DNA from: Aliivibrio fischeri ES114
GTDB lineage: Bacteria > Pseudomonadota > Gammaproteobacteria > Enterobacterales > Vibrionaceae
Reading direction: 5' to 3' (one strand)
NCBI RefSeq assembly: GCF_000011805.1
Contig: NC_006840.2
Length of the DNA: 32,000 bases
This document shows, piece by piece, positions 1-8,720 of the stretch. The position numbers and the translations under genes are program-made. The notes under the pieces were generated by a model, which had not been told where the DNA came from, ran no database searches, and saw nothing but the letters and a program-made list of their open reading frames with translations. The first letter of the stretch is position 1, and each line of letters opens with the position of its first letter.

Positions 1-95
1 GAAGACCAGAGCTCCTGGGAAATCTAGCTCTGACTGACGAACAGGAATTATTACTGGCTGAGTTTGTTCGTGAAGAACGCCAGAACAGTAAGTAA
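1..95 (+). CDS. trmD: tRNA (guanine37-N1)-methyltransferase TrmD, 3' end only (gene runs off the left edge)
   Basis: The frame ending at TAA 93-95 reads RPELLGNLALTDEQELLLAEFVREERQNSK*. This resembles the conserved TrmD C-terminus (E. coli ...RPELLEGLALTDEQARLLAEF...). It lies directly upstream of rplS, as in the rpsP-rimM-trmD-rplS operon. Confidence 0.85.
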   Translation, partial: RPELLGNLALTDEQELLLAEFVREERQNSK

Positions 96-136
96 TTAAG
101 TAAATTTAGTATCAGTTTATTCTAGGATATACAAAA

Positions 137-490
137 ATGAGCAACATCATTAAAGCTCTTGAAGATGAGCAACTAAAACAAGACCTACCTAAATTCGCTC
201 CAGGTGACACTGTAGTAGTTCAGGTTAAAGTTAAAGAAGGTGACCGTGAGCGTCTACAGGCATTCGAAGGCGTTGTAATCGCTATTCGTAACCGTGGTCT
301 ACACTCTGCGTTCACTGTACGTAAGATTTCTAACGGTGAAGGTGTTGAGCGTACGTTCCAAACACACTCTCCAGTTGTAAACAGCATCGAAGTTAAACGT
401 CGCGGTGCAGTACGTCGTGCCAAGTTGTACTACCTACGTGAGCGTTCTGGTAAATCAGCTCGTATCAAAGAGAAGCTGGCTAAAAAGTAA
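137..490 (+). CDS. rplS: 50S ribosomal protein L19
   Basis: 117-aa ORF starting [49 protein letters not shown]..., a near-canonical L19 sequence. Followed by a strong intrinsic terminator. Confidence 0.97.
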
Positions 491-521
491 CGCACACGAG
501 AACGTTCTCAAATGTGCTATG

Positions 522-552
522 AAGGTGCGCTGTTATCAGCGCACCTTTTTTT
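522..552 (+). terminator. Rho-independent terminator of the trmD-rplS operon
   Basis: aaggtgcgctg-ttat-cagcgcacctt stem-loop followed by a T-run (ttttttt). Confidence 0.85.
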
Positions 553-568
553 ATATCTAAATTAAAAC

Positions 569-586
569 TGTAAACTTAAATTTACG
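569..586. promoter_or_regulatory. TyrR box candidate upstream of aroF
   Basis: TGTAAA-cttaaa-TTTACg versus the TyrR consensus TGTAAA-N6-TTTACA (11/12 arm positions). Confidence 0.6.
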
Positions 587-600
587 ATATAAAATAAAAT

Positions 601-618
601 TGTATTATATTAATTACA
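601..618. promoter_or_regulatory. Weak TyrR box candidate upstream of aroF
   Basis: TGTAtt-atatta-aTTACA, 9/12 arm positions. The symmetric G and C of the consensus are retained. Confidence 0.35.
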
Positions 619-678
619 ATGGTTGATTTATGTGCTGTACCTGTTAAATTATTTGTATTCGTCTTAATTGACAGTTAA

Positions 679-696
679 TGGAAATAAAAGTTTACA
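679..696. promoter_or_regulatory. TyrR box candidate proximal to the aroF start
   Basis: TGgAAA-taaaag-TTTACA (11/12 arm positions), ending 10 nt before the aroF ATG. Confidence 0.55.
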
Positions 697-706
697 GGTG
701 TAGGGT

Positions 707-1780
707 ATGAGAAAAAGTGAATTAAGTAATATCAATATTATCGATGAGCAGGTGCTGATCACTCCACAAGAGCTTAAAAATAAGATCCCTTTAAGCGAAA
801 ATGCTCGCCAGTTTATCCAACAATCCCGTCAAACTATTTCTAATATCATTCATAAAAAAGATCACCGTCTATTAATTGTTTGTGGACCATGTTCAATTCA
901 TGATATCGATGCAGCAAAAGAATATGCAAAACGTTTAAAGGTGATCGCAGAAGATCTAAAAGATCAACTGTACATTGTTATGCGTGTCTACTTTGAAAAA
1001 CCACGAACTACAGTAGGCTGGAAAGGCTTGATTAATGATCCTCATCTTGATGGTTCATTTGATATTGAACAAGGTCTACATTCTGCACGACAATTATTAG
1101 TTGATTTAGCTGAGATGGAAATCCCTCTGGCAACAGAAGCACTAGATCCAATTAGTCCGCAATACATTGGTGATACATTTAGTTGGGCTGCGATTGGGGC
1201 TCGAACCACTGAATCTCAAACTCACCGTGAAATGGCAAGTGGTTTATCTGTTCCTGTAGGCTTTAAAAATGGTACTGATGGCAGCTTATCGACATCGATT
1301 AATGCAATGCAAGCTGCGGCTTCTGGACACCGTTTCATGGGGATTAATAGCGAAGGTCAGGTTGCTTTACTTACAACCCAAGGTAACCCTAATGGTCATG
1401 TTATTTTACGTGGTGGTAAACAAACTAATTATGATTCGGTTTCAGTAACAGAGTGTGAAGAAGAATTAGCAAATTCAAATTTAGATGCGGCTTTAATGAT
1501 TGATTGTAGTCACGCAAATTCACGCAAAGATTACCGTCGTCAGCCTTTAGTTGCTGAAGATGTTATTCATCAAATTCGTGAAGGTAATAAATCGATTATT
1601 GGATTGATGATTGAGAGTCATTTAAATGAAGGTAATCAACCATCAGATATACCATTGTCTGAGATGAAATATGGCGTATCTATTACAGATGCCTGTATCA
1701 ATTGGGAATCAACTGAGGCACTATTACGTCATACTCACAAAGAATTAACTCCGATATTGGAAGAGCGTTTAAAAGGATAG
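707..1780 (+). CDS. aroF: 3-deoxy-7-phosphoheptulonate (DAHP) synthase, class I; tyrosine-sensitive isozyme inferred from context
   Basis: 357 aa, collinear with E. coli AroF/G/H (..LLIVCGPCSIHD.., ..YFEKPRTTVGWKGLINDP.., ..IGARTTESQTHREMASGLS..). The assignment to aroF rests on the adjacent downstream tyrA and the TyrR boxes. Confidence 0.9.
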   Translation: MRKSELSNINIIDEQVLITPQELKNKIPLSENARQFIQQSRQTISNIIHKKDHRLLIVCGPCSIHDIDAAKEYAKRLKVIAEDLKDQLYIVMRVYFEKPRTTVGWKGLINDPHLDGSFDIEQGLHSARQLLVDLAEMEIPLATEALDPISPQYIGDTFSWAAIGARTTESQTHREMASGLSVPVGFKNGTDGSLSTSINAMQAAASGHRFMGINSEGQVALLTTQGNPNGHVILRGGKQTNYDSVSVTECEEELANSNLDAALMIDCSHANSRKDYRRQPLVAEDVIHQIREGNKSIIGLMIESHLNEGNQPSDIPLSEMKYGVSITDACINWESTEALLRHTHKELTPILEERLKG

Positions 1781-1786
1781 ATTGAG

Positions 1787-2920
1787 ATGGCGGTAGAACT
1801 AAGTCATTTACGCGATCAAATTGATGCGGTAGATAAACAGATGTTGGATCTTTTAGCTCAACGCTTACATTTAGTTGAGCTGGTTGGTGAAGTAAAAAGT
1901 GCACATGGATTGCCTATTTATGATCCAAGCCGAGAAGCGGCAATGTTAGCATCAAGACGCTCAGAGGCTGAAAAAAAAGGCGTACCGCCCTCATTAATTG
2001 AAGATATTCTTCGCAGAACAATGCGTGAGTCTTATAGCAGTGAAAATGATTCTGGTTTTAAGTGTTTAAAACCAGAGTTAAGGCCGATCGTTGTTGTTGG
2101 TGGTAATGGGCAACTTGGTGGTTTATTCGCAAAAATGTTTAAATTATCTGGTTATCAAGTTCGAATTCTCGGTAGTAAAGATTGGGATAATTCTGATGAG
2201 ATCCTAGATAATGCAGGTATGGTTGTTGTTACGGTTCCTATCAACTTAACCATTGATGTAATTAATAAACTATCAAGGTTACCTGAGGATTGCATCCTTT
2301 GTGATTTAACCTCAATTAAGCAAAAACCTCTTGCTGCAATGATGGAAGTTCATAAAGGCCCTGTTGTTGGATTGCACCCAATGTTTGGTCCTGATGTTCC
2401 AAGCCTTGCAAAGCAAGTTATTGTTATGTGTGATGGTCGAGGTAAAGAGCACTATAGTTGGTTGAAGAACCAATTTGAGATTTGGGGGGCAATCGTACGT
2501 GATATTTCTGCGAATGAGCATGATCATGGTATGACTCTAATTCAAGCATTACGTCACTTTACTTCGTTTGCTTATGGACAGCATTTAGCAAAAGAGAATC
2601 CTGATATTGAACAGCTGCTTAACTTAAGTTCTCCAATTTATCGTTTGGAGTTATTGATGGTTGGTCGATTGTTTGCTCAAGACCCAAATTTATACGCAGA
2701 TATCATTCTTTCTTCTGATGAAAATATTGAAATGATAAAGCGATTCCATCAACGTTTTGGTGATGCAATCTCATTGCTAGAAGAACATAATCGTTCAGGA
2801 TTCATTAAAAACTTTGAAGAAGTAGAAGCTTGGTTTGGTGATTATGCTGAACAGTTTTTAATTGAAAGCAAAAGTTTACTCAGACAAGCGAATGATTCGA
2901 TTCACCGTGAACGTAATTAG
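1787..2920 (+). CDS. tyrA: Bifunctional chorismate mutase / prephenate dehydrogenase (T-protein)
   Basis: 377 aa with an N-terminal chorismate mutase helix region ([20 protein letters not shown]) and a Rossmann-type GGNGQLGG dehydrogenase domain. It starts 7 nt after the aroF stop, giving an aroF-tyrA operon. Confidence 0.93.
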   Translation: MAVELSHLRDQIDAVDKQMLDLLAQRLHLVELVGEVKSAHGLPIYDPSREAAMLASRRSEAEKKGVPPSLIEDILRRTMRESYSSENDSGFKCLKPELRPIVVVGGNGQLGGLFAKMFKLSGYQVRILGSKDWDNSDEILDNAGMVVVTVPINLTIDVINKLSRLPEDCILCDLTSIKQKPLAAMMEVHKGPVVGLHPMFGPDVPSLAKQVIVMCDGRGKEHYSWLKNQFEIWGAIVRDISANEHDHGMTLIQALRHFTSFAYGQHLAKENPDIEQLLNLSSPIYRLELLMVGRLFAQDPNLYADIILSSDENIEMIKRFHQRFGDAISLLEEHNRSGFIKNFEEVEAWFGDYAEQFLIESKSLLRQANDSIHRERN

Positions 2921-2944
2921 TGTAGGTAAGAAGGCATAGAATGT

Positions 2945-2976
2945 AAAAAGGGTGAGCCATGAGCTAACCCTTTTTG
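2945..2976. terminator. Bidirectional terminator between the convergent tyrA and M23 peptidase genes
   Basis: aaaaagggtgagc-catga-gctaaccctttttg: an interrupted stem flanked by an A-run and a T-run. Confidence 0.55.
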
Positions 2977-2993
2977 TATTGATTAAACGGTGT

Positions 2994-4007
2994 TTATTGT
3001 GTCAATTGTTGGCTACTTTCGTTTTCAGCTTTCGCTGTGTTAATCGCTTCAACTTGTTCAACCGTTGGTTTTTGTGTCAACTTTAATTGCAGTTTTACTA
3101 CATTATTAATAACGTCAACCAAAGGTGTCCACTTTACACTTCGTTCTTTTTCAAAGAGGCTATCAAACTTTTCTGGCGTCCAATCCATAAACGATCTTGG
3201 ATTTAAAACTCGACCTAAGAAACGCACTTCATAATGTAAGTGTGGTCCTGTTGAATTACCAGAGTTACCACAAGTAGCAATCAGTTCACCTTTTTTAACG
3301 AACTGCCCTGAGCGAACTTTAAATTTTTGTAGGTGTGCATACATGGTCATAAAACCGAATGAATGCTGAACTTTTAATAGATTACCGTAACCTTTATTAC
3401 TGGCTCTTGCTAGTTCAACAACACCATCAGCTGGAGCATAAATTTCGGTTCCACGCTTACAGGTTAAATCAACACCTAAGTGGCGTTGGCGTTTACCTGA
3501 AATAGGGTTGGTTCGGCGTCCAAAACTGGATGACTCTCTCGTGTAATGTAGGGGAGTATCATTCGGGATTAGGCGAAACATGGTCGCTCTAACTGCCGAG
3601 TCAATGGCTGCAACATCAAGTCGTTGCTCTAGTGTTTTTTCAGCTAACGATGAATCTTCTTCTGATATTTCTTGTAAGCCAAGTACAGATTCAACATCAT
3701 CTACACGTTGGCTAATAACAAGTAATTCATTTTCTTTTGCTTCTAGTTGTTGAGTAAGCTCATGATTACTATTGTTATTATCAACAATTAACTGGTTTAG
3801 CACATTATTTTTGTTTTGCAGTTCAGCGATAGCAACTTTTGCTGACTCTTGTTGTTGATAGAAATAATGTAGACCAAAGCCACTTAATGCAAATGAGCTA
3901 ACCCCAAGTACTAAAGATAAAATGACCAGCTTTTTTCGTCTTTGGGAGATCGCGAAAAGACGCGTTCCTTTGTTGTGGGAGACGGAAATTCGAATTTTAT
4001 CAGGCAT
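2994..4007 (-). CDS. M23 family murein DD-endopeptidase with N-terminal membrane anchor and coiled coil
   Basis: 337 aa. One TM segment (LVILSLVLGVSSFALSGFGL), a Q/E/N-rich coiled-coil stretch, and the M23 catalytic motifs HLGVDL (HxxxD) and GNSTGPHLHYEV (HxH). Confidence 0.85.
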   Translation of the reverse strand: MPDKIRISVSHNKGTRLFAISQRRKKLVILSLVLGVSSFALSGFGLHYFYQQQESAKVAIAELQNKNNVLNQLIVDNNNSNHELTQQLEAKENELLVISQRVDDVESVLGLQEISEEDSSLAEKTLEQRLDVAAIDSAVRATMFRLIPNDTPLHYTRESSSFGRRTNPISGKRQRHLGVDLTCKRGTEIYAPADGVVELARASNKGYGNLLKVQHSFGFMTMYAHLQKFKVRSGQFVKKGELIATCGNSGNSTGPHLHYEVRFLGRVLNPRSFMDWTPEKFDSLFEKERSVKWTPLVDVINNVVKLQLKLTQKPTVEQVEAINTAKAENESSQQLTQ

Positions 4008-4031
4008 AAGGGTAACAACTATTTATAAAGG

Positions 4032-4394
4032 TTAATGTGTTTCGGTGAGTTCTGATAACTGACGTAATAATAGTTCGCTATTACCAACGTTAAGTTCAAC
4101 TAAGCGTTTAAGGTGGCTAATACTATCAATATCTATATGGCGAATACAGAGTCTAAGCAGATTATTTGTATCATTCACAATTTCACATTCAGCAATAATA
4201 TTGATATCACTGTCGTTTAGAGCAAAATGTACAATTAATTTACCCGCTGAGTTAAGAGCATTATCATCATTAAGTTTTATTAATAAGCCATGTAAAGACA
4301 AATCAATCAATGAGCCGCTGTATTGCTGAGCGCCTTGGATTAGTGCTACATCTGCTTGATAAATTACACGAGAAAACTTGCGTCTTTCAATCAT
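4032..4394 (-). CDS. PilZ-domain c-di-GMP binding protein (start revised from 4454 to 4394)
   Basis: Contains both PilZ signature motifs: RKFSR (RxxxR) and DLSLHG (D/NxSxxG). The ATG at 4394 is preceded by aaGGAGtagccta. The ORF-track start at 4454 would lie just after the ettA terminator hairpin and has no RBS. Confidence 0.8.
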   Translation of the reverse strand: MIERRKFSRVIYQADVALIQGAQQYSGSLIDLSLHGLLIKLNDDNALNSAGKLIVHFALNDSDINIIAECEIVNDTNNLLRLCIRHIDIDSISHLKRLVELNVGNSELLLRQLSELTETH

Positions 4395-4454
4395 TAGGCT
4401 ACTCCTTCTTTTTAAGAGAAATTGAGTATGGTGTTTTGTTTGTTCTATGTCCAA

Positions 4455-4480
4455 TAAAAAGGCCGCTTGAGTGCGGCCCT
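4455..4480 (-). terminator. Rho-independent terminator of ettA
   Basis: The minus strand reads gggccgc-actcaa-gcggcc followed by tttttatt. Confidence 0.8.
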
Positions 4481-4508
4481 TATGATAAACATCAAATAAA
4501 GTAAATTA

Positions 4509-6176
4509 TTACTTAGTCATACGCTTGTACTTGATGCGATGAGGTTCAGCAGCTTGCGCACCTAGGGTCTTCTTCAACCATTCACTGTATTCAGTGTAGT
4601 TACCTTCAAAGAAGTTTACTTGGCCTTCATCACGGTAGTCTAGAATGTGTGTAGCGATACGGTCTAGGAACCAACGGTCGTGCGAGATAACCATTGCACA
4701 ACCAGGGAACTCAAGTAATGCTTCTTCTAGTGCACGTAATGTTTCAACATCAAGGTCATTGGTAGGTTCATCGAGTAACAGTACGTTACCGCCAGTTTTT
4801 AGCAGTTTAGCTAAGTGAACACGGTTACGCTCACCACCAGATAACTCACCAATAATTTTTTGTTGGTCGTTGCCTTTGAAGTTAAAGCGAGAACAGTAAG
4901 CACGAGCTGGGATTTCGAAATTGTTGATCTTAATGATATCTGCGCCTTCAGAGATCTCTTGGAAAACTGTTTTTGTGTCATCCATTGAATCACGGAATTG
5001 ATCAACAGAAGCAAGTTTTACAGTTTCACCCAATTCAATCGTACCTGAATCCGGTGTTTCAGCACCACTTAGCATCTTAAATAGTGTTGATTTACCTGCA
5101 CCATTGGCACCGATGATACCTACGATAGCACCTTTTGGCATGCTGAATGATAGGTCATCAATTAGTACACGATCACCGAACGATTTAGTTAGGTTGTTCA
5201 CTTCAAGAACTTTGTCACCTAGACGTTCACCTGGCGGAATGAACAGTTCGTTTGTTTCATTACGTTTTTGGTGATCAGAGCTTTGTAGTTCTTCAAAACG
5301 AGCCATACGAGCTTTAGATTTAGCTTGGCGGCCTTTAGGGTTTTGACGAACCCACTCAAGTTCTTTTTCAATCGTTTTCTGACGAGCATTTTCTTTTGCC
5401 GCTTCTTGTTTTAAACGGTCATCTTTTTGCTCAAGCCAAGAGGTATAGTTACCTTCCCATGGAATACCTTCACCACGGTCAAGCTCTAGGATCCAACCAG
5501 CAGCGTTATCAAGGAAATAACGGTCGTGGGTAATTGCCACAACAGTACCTGAATAATCAACAAGGAAGTGCTCAAGCCATGCAACTGATTCAGCATCAAG
5601 GTGGTTGGTTGGTTCATCAAGTAGCAGCATATCAGGTTTTTCTAGAAGAAGACGACAGATAGCAACACGGCGACGTTCACCACCAGATAAGTGCTCAATT
5701 TTAGCATCCCACTCAGGTAGACGTAGTGCGTCAGCTGCACGCTCTAAAGCGTTATCCAGATTATGACCATCTTTTGCTTGAATTAATGCTTCAAGTTCAC
5801 CTTGCTCTTTAGCTAGAGCATCGAAATCAGCACCTTCTTCAGCGTAAGCTGCATAAACCGCATCAAGGCGAGCTAGTGCACCTGCTACATCAGAAACAGC
5901 CTCTTCAACAATTTCACGAACTGTTTTTGATTCATCAAGTACAGGTTCTTGGGGAAGATAGCCAACATTTAATCCCGCTTGTGGACGAGCTTCACCATCA
6001 ATATCAGTATCAAGACCTGCCATAATGCGAAGTAGTGTTGATTTACCTGAGCCATTTAGACCCAAAACACCAATTTTTGCACCAGGGAAGAAGCTAAGAG
6101 AAATGTCTTTCAGGATTTGTCTTTTAGGAGGAACAATTTTGCTCACTCGTGACATTGTATATACGTATTCAGCCAT
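4509..6176 (-). CDS. ettA: Energy-dependent translational throttle protein EttA (ABC-F ATPase)
   Basis: MAEYVYTMSRVSKIVPPKRQILKDISLSFFPGAKIGVLGLNGSGKSTLLRIMAG closely parallels E. coli EttA/YjjK. It has two ABC cassettes with Walker A and LSGGE signature motifs. The start is taken at MAEYVYTM, two codons inside the ORF-track start. Confidence 0.95.
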   Translation of the reverse strand: MAEYVYTMSRVSKIVPPKRQILKDISLSFFPGAKIGVLGLNGSGKSTLLRIMAGLDTDIDGEARPQAGLNVGYLPQEPVLDESKTVREIVEEAVSDVAGALARLDAVYAAYAEEGADFDALAKEQGELEALIQAKDGHNLDNALERAADALRLPEWDAKIEHLSGGERRRVAICRLLLEKPDMLLLDEPTNHLDAESVAWLEHFLVDYSGTVVAITHDRYFLDNAAGWILELDRGEGIPWEGNYTSWLEQKDDRLKQEAAKENARQKTIEKELEWVRQNPKGRQAKSKARMARFEELQSSDHQKRNETNELFIPPGERLGDKVLEVNNLTKSFGDRVLIDDLSFSMPKGAIVGIIGANGAGKSTLFKMLSGAETPDSGTIELGETVKLASVDQFRDSMDDTKTVFQEISEGADIIKINNFEIPARAYCSRFNFKGNDQQKIIGELSGGERNRVHLAKLLKTGGNVLLLDEPTNDLDVETLRALEEALLEFPGCAMVISHDRWFLDRIATHILDYRDEGQVNFFEGNYTEYSEWLKKTLGAQAAEPHRIKYKRMTK

Positions 6177-6348
6177 AATCACTTATTAGAGTTGGTTAAC
6201 GAAAATATTAATTTACTATTTATGATACATAGTTTAACACTCATTTTTGTAGTTACTAGGGTAATATAAGTAAACTAAGGTAAGAATTCGGTAGATGTAT
6301 AAGTGAGTCTCAGATCACTACGCCGCAGTCAAAGGTTGGAAAGTTTAG

Positions 6349-8298
6349 GTGTTAAAGAAATCAATGAAATATACACAATATAAGTTAGGGATGATGACGG
6401 CATTGTGCATAGGTATGAATGTACAAGTTGTTGATGCGTCACCTGTTGATACATGGCGAGCACAATACCAAGAAGCAAAAACGCTACTTAATGAAAAAAA
6501 ATACGATGAATATAAAAAAGTAAGGGCTGAACTTGATGGTTATTCATTAGCACCTTATTTGGATTACCGTGAATTAAGAATGGATTTAAGCTCTAAAACG
6601 CCTGATGATATTCGTTTGTTCAAACATAATCATCAGTCATTACCTATTGGTAATTCTCTTTCATACCAATACTTAGTCATTCTTGGTTTAAACGAGCGTT
6701 GGGCTGAATTTATTGATTATTTCCCCAACGAACCAAGCAGCAAAAACCTACAGTGTTATTACTATCAAGCAAAAAATAAACTGGGTGATAAAGCCACAGC
6801 TTGGAAAGGTGCGGAGCAATTATGGTTAACAGGTAGCTCTGTTACTTATGAATGTGATGATTTATTTCAAGATTGGGCTGAAGCTGGGAAACTCAGTGAT
6901 GATTTAATTATTGAACGTATGCTTTTAGTTTATAAAGCTCGTAATAATAATTTGTTTTCTTATTTAGAAAAAATGTTGAAAGCAGATGCCGCAAAAGAAA
7001 AAGCACAGCATATTGTCACTTTGTTTAATGATCCTGATTTGTTAGAAAGTTTTTCAAAGAGTAATAAAAAAACAGAGTTTTCTAAGCAATTAACGCTTAT
7101 TTCTATGGAAAGAGAAGCTCGTAAAAACCCTAAAAAAGCGATAGAAATATTGCCTGACATTGCTAAAAAGCAGCTGTTTACTCAAGAAGAGTTGGTTCAG
7201 GTTAAACGACGCATTGTTAGTAGCATTATGTCAACTGAGTCAGCAGAACTTGCACAATGGAGAGATAAAGAGCTAGCTGCTAACCCTGAAGATTCATTTA
7301 TTGAGCGCCGAATTCGTGTTGCTATTCGTGCAGCTGATTGGGATGACGTAAGCAACTGGATTGAGTATTTAACACCAACAGCTAAAAACTCATTACGTTG
7401 GCAGTTCTGGACGGCACAGATTGAAAGTAAAGAAGGTGAGCAAGATAAAGCTGATGCTCGTTTAAAAAAATTACTTGGTCAGCGTAATTTTTATAGTGTT
7501 GCTGCGGCAAATATTTTAGGTGAACCTATTCAATATCCAATGAATACCGCCCCTAGAAATATTAAGCCGATTAAAGATAAATACAGTGTAGAGCTTGCAC
7601 GTATTAAAGAATTAATTGCGATTGATGAGATCCCTACAGCCAAAAGTGAGTGGGAATATTTGCTAAATCGAGCATCGAAAACTGAAGTGAAAGAATTAGC
7701 AAGTTATGCTGCTCAGCATCGTTGGCATCACTTTACTGTTCTGGCGACCATCAAAGGAAGAATGTGGGGATATTTGAGCTTACGTTTCCCTATAGCACAT
7801 CAGTGGTGGTTTAATCATTACAGTAAGGAACTTGGTTTAGATAAAGTGACGTTAATGTCGTTATCTCGACAAGAAAGTGCATTGTATGCAGAAGCTCAAT
7901 CACCGGTAGGTGCTCGTGGTTTGATGCAAATTATGCCAGCAACAGCGAAATATACCGCGAAGAAGATTGATTACGATAAATACGAAGGTGTTGATAGTTT
8001 GAATGATGTTGATGTGAATATTCACATTGGTTCAAATTACCTTAAGGGTTTATTAGATGATTATGATGGAAACCGTATTTTTGCTCTTGCAGGTTATAAT
8101 GCCGGCCCTCATCGTGTTAAGCGTTGGAGAGCGGTTTCTGATGAAAAGCTAGATGCTTATGCTTTTATTGAAGCTATTCCATTCAAGGAAACTAGAGGGT
8201 ATGTACAAAACATTTTAATGTTTGAAACTTACTATCGTAGTTTATTGGGTGAAAAAGGTGCTTTTTTATCCGAGAAAGAGCTGAATTTAAAGTATTGA
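6349..8298 (+). CDS. slt: Soluble lytic murein transglycosylase (Slt70 family)
   Basis: 649 aa with a signal-like N-terminus, a long superhelical repeat region and a C-terminal SLT domain (SRQESALYAEAQSPVGARGLMQIMP ... AGYNAGPHRV). The start may be GTG 6349 or ATG 6364. It sits in ettA-slt-trpR-yjjX synteny as in E. coli. Confidence 0.9.
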   Translation: MLKKSMKYTQYKLGMMTALCIGMNVQVVDASPVDTWRAQYQEAKTLLNEKKYDEYKKVRAELDGYSLAPYLDYRELRMDLSSKTPDDIRLFKHNHQSLPIGNSLSYQYLVILGLNERWAEFIDYFPNEPSSKNLQCYYYQAKNKLGDKATAWKGAEQLWLTGSSVTYECDDLFQDWAEAGKLSDDLIIERMLLVYKARNNNLFSYLEKMLKADAAKEKAQHIVTLFNDPDLLESFSKSNKKTEFSKQLTLISMEREARKNPKKAIEILPDIAKKQLFTQEELVQVKRRIVSSIMSTESAELAQWRDKELAANPEDSFIERRIRVAIRAADWDDVSNWIEYLTPTAKNSLRWQFWTAQIESKEGEQDKADARLKKLLGQRNFYSVAAANILGEPIQYPMNTAPRNIKPIKDKYSVELARIKELIAIDEIPTAKSEWEYLLNRASKTEVKELASYAAQHRWHHFTVLATIKGRMWGYLSLRFPIAHQWWFNHYSKELGLDKVTLMSLSRQESALYAEAQSPVGARGLMQIMPATAKYTAKKIDYDKYEGVDSLNDVDVNIHIGSNYLKGLLDDYDGNRIFALAGYNAGPHRVKRWRAVSDEKLDAYAFIEAIPFKETRGYVQNILMFETYYRSLLGEKGAFLSEKELNLKY

Positions 8299-8349
8299 TA
8301 AGTTTAAATTCTAATAGCAATTGGTATTAAGCTTAAATAAATATAAAGT

Positions 8350-8374
8350 AGGGGACTTAATTGTCCCCTTTTTT
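8350..8374 (+). terminator. Rho-independent terminator of slt
   Basis: aggggac-ttaatt-gtcccct followed by tttttt. Confidence 0.85.
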
Positions 8375-8393
8375 ACAATTGTATGAGGATACT

Positions 8394-8720
8394 ATGTCAG
8401 GTTCAGCAAAATATTCCGACTGGTCTCAAGTGATGACATTAATTGCAAATGCAGCAGAACAAGGAAATCATCAACCATTATTAACGATGTTGATGACGCC
8501 TGATGAACGTGAAGCATTGGTTGCTCGCGTAAATATTTTTCATGAGCTGTTACAGGGTGAATTGAGCCAGAGACAAATTAGTCAGCTATTAGGTGTGGGC
8601 GTTGCCACAATCACTCGAGGTTCAAATGAATTAAAAAGCCATACTGATGAAGAGAAAGTATGGCTTATGGATTTATTAGAAAAGAGTACTAAAAGCGAGT
8701 TGGATGTAGAAAAGGAATAA
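8394..8720 (+). CDS. trpR: Trp operon repressor (start revised from 8361 to 8394)
   Basis: 108 aa from ATG 8394 (RBS gaggat). LLTMLMTPDEREALVARVNIFHELLQGELSQRQISQLLGVGVATITRGSNELK matches the TrpR helix-turn-helix core. The TTG 8361 extension is the 3' arm of the slt terminator. Confidence 0.92.
   Translation: MSGSAKYSDWSQVMTLIANAAEQGNHQPLLTMLMTPDEREALVARVNIFHELLQGELSQRQISQLLGVGVATITRGSNELKSHTDEEKVWLMDLLEKSTKSELDVEKE

Noticed and set aside
220-423. 67-aa ORF antisense to rplS, with similar antisense ORFs in tyrA (2312-2527), ettA (4811-5014), rluD (12695-12976), yfiH (13409-13771) and dapD (28776-29078, 28789-29070)
   Set aside because: All are nested in strongly supported genes on another strand or frame and show skewed composition. 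The dapD ones arise from its hexapeptide-repeat codon periodicity.
668-696. TTGACA-N17-TTTACA as the aroF promoter
   Set aside because: The putative -10 is poor (TTTACA) and ends only 10 nt before the ATG, leaving no room for a leader with the RBS. The TTTACA is better explained as a TyrR half-site.
8373-8382. TACAATTGTA palindrome before trpR as a TrpR auto-operator
   Set aside because: It lacks the GTAC/CTAG elements of the Trp operator consensus. A 10-bp AT palindrome is not unusual in AT-rich intergenic DNA.
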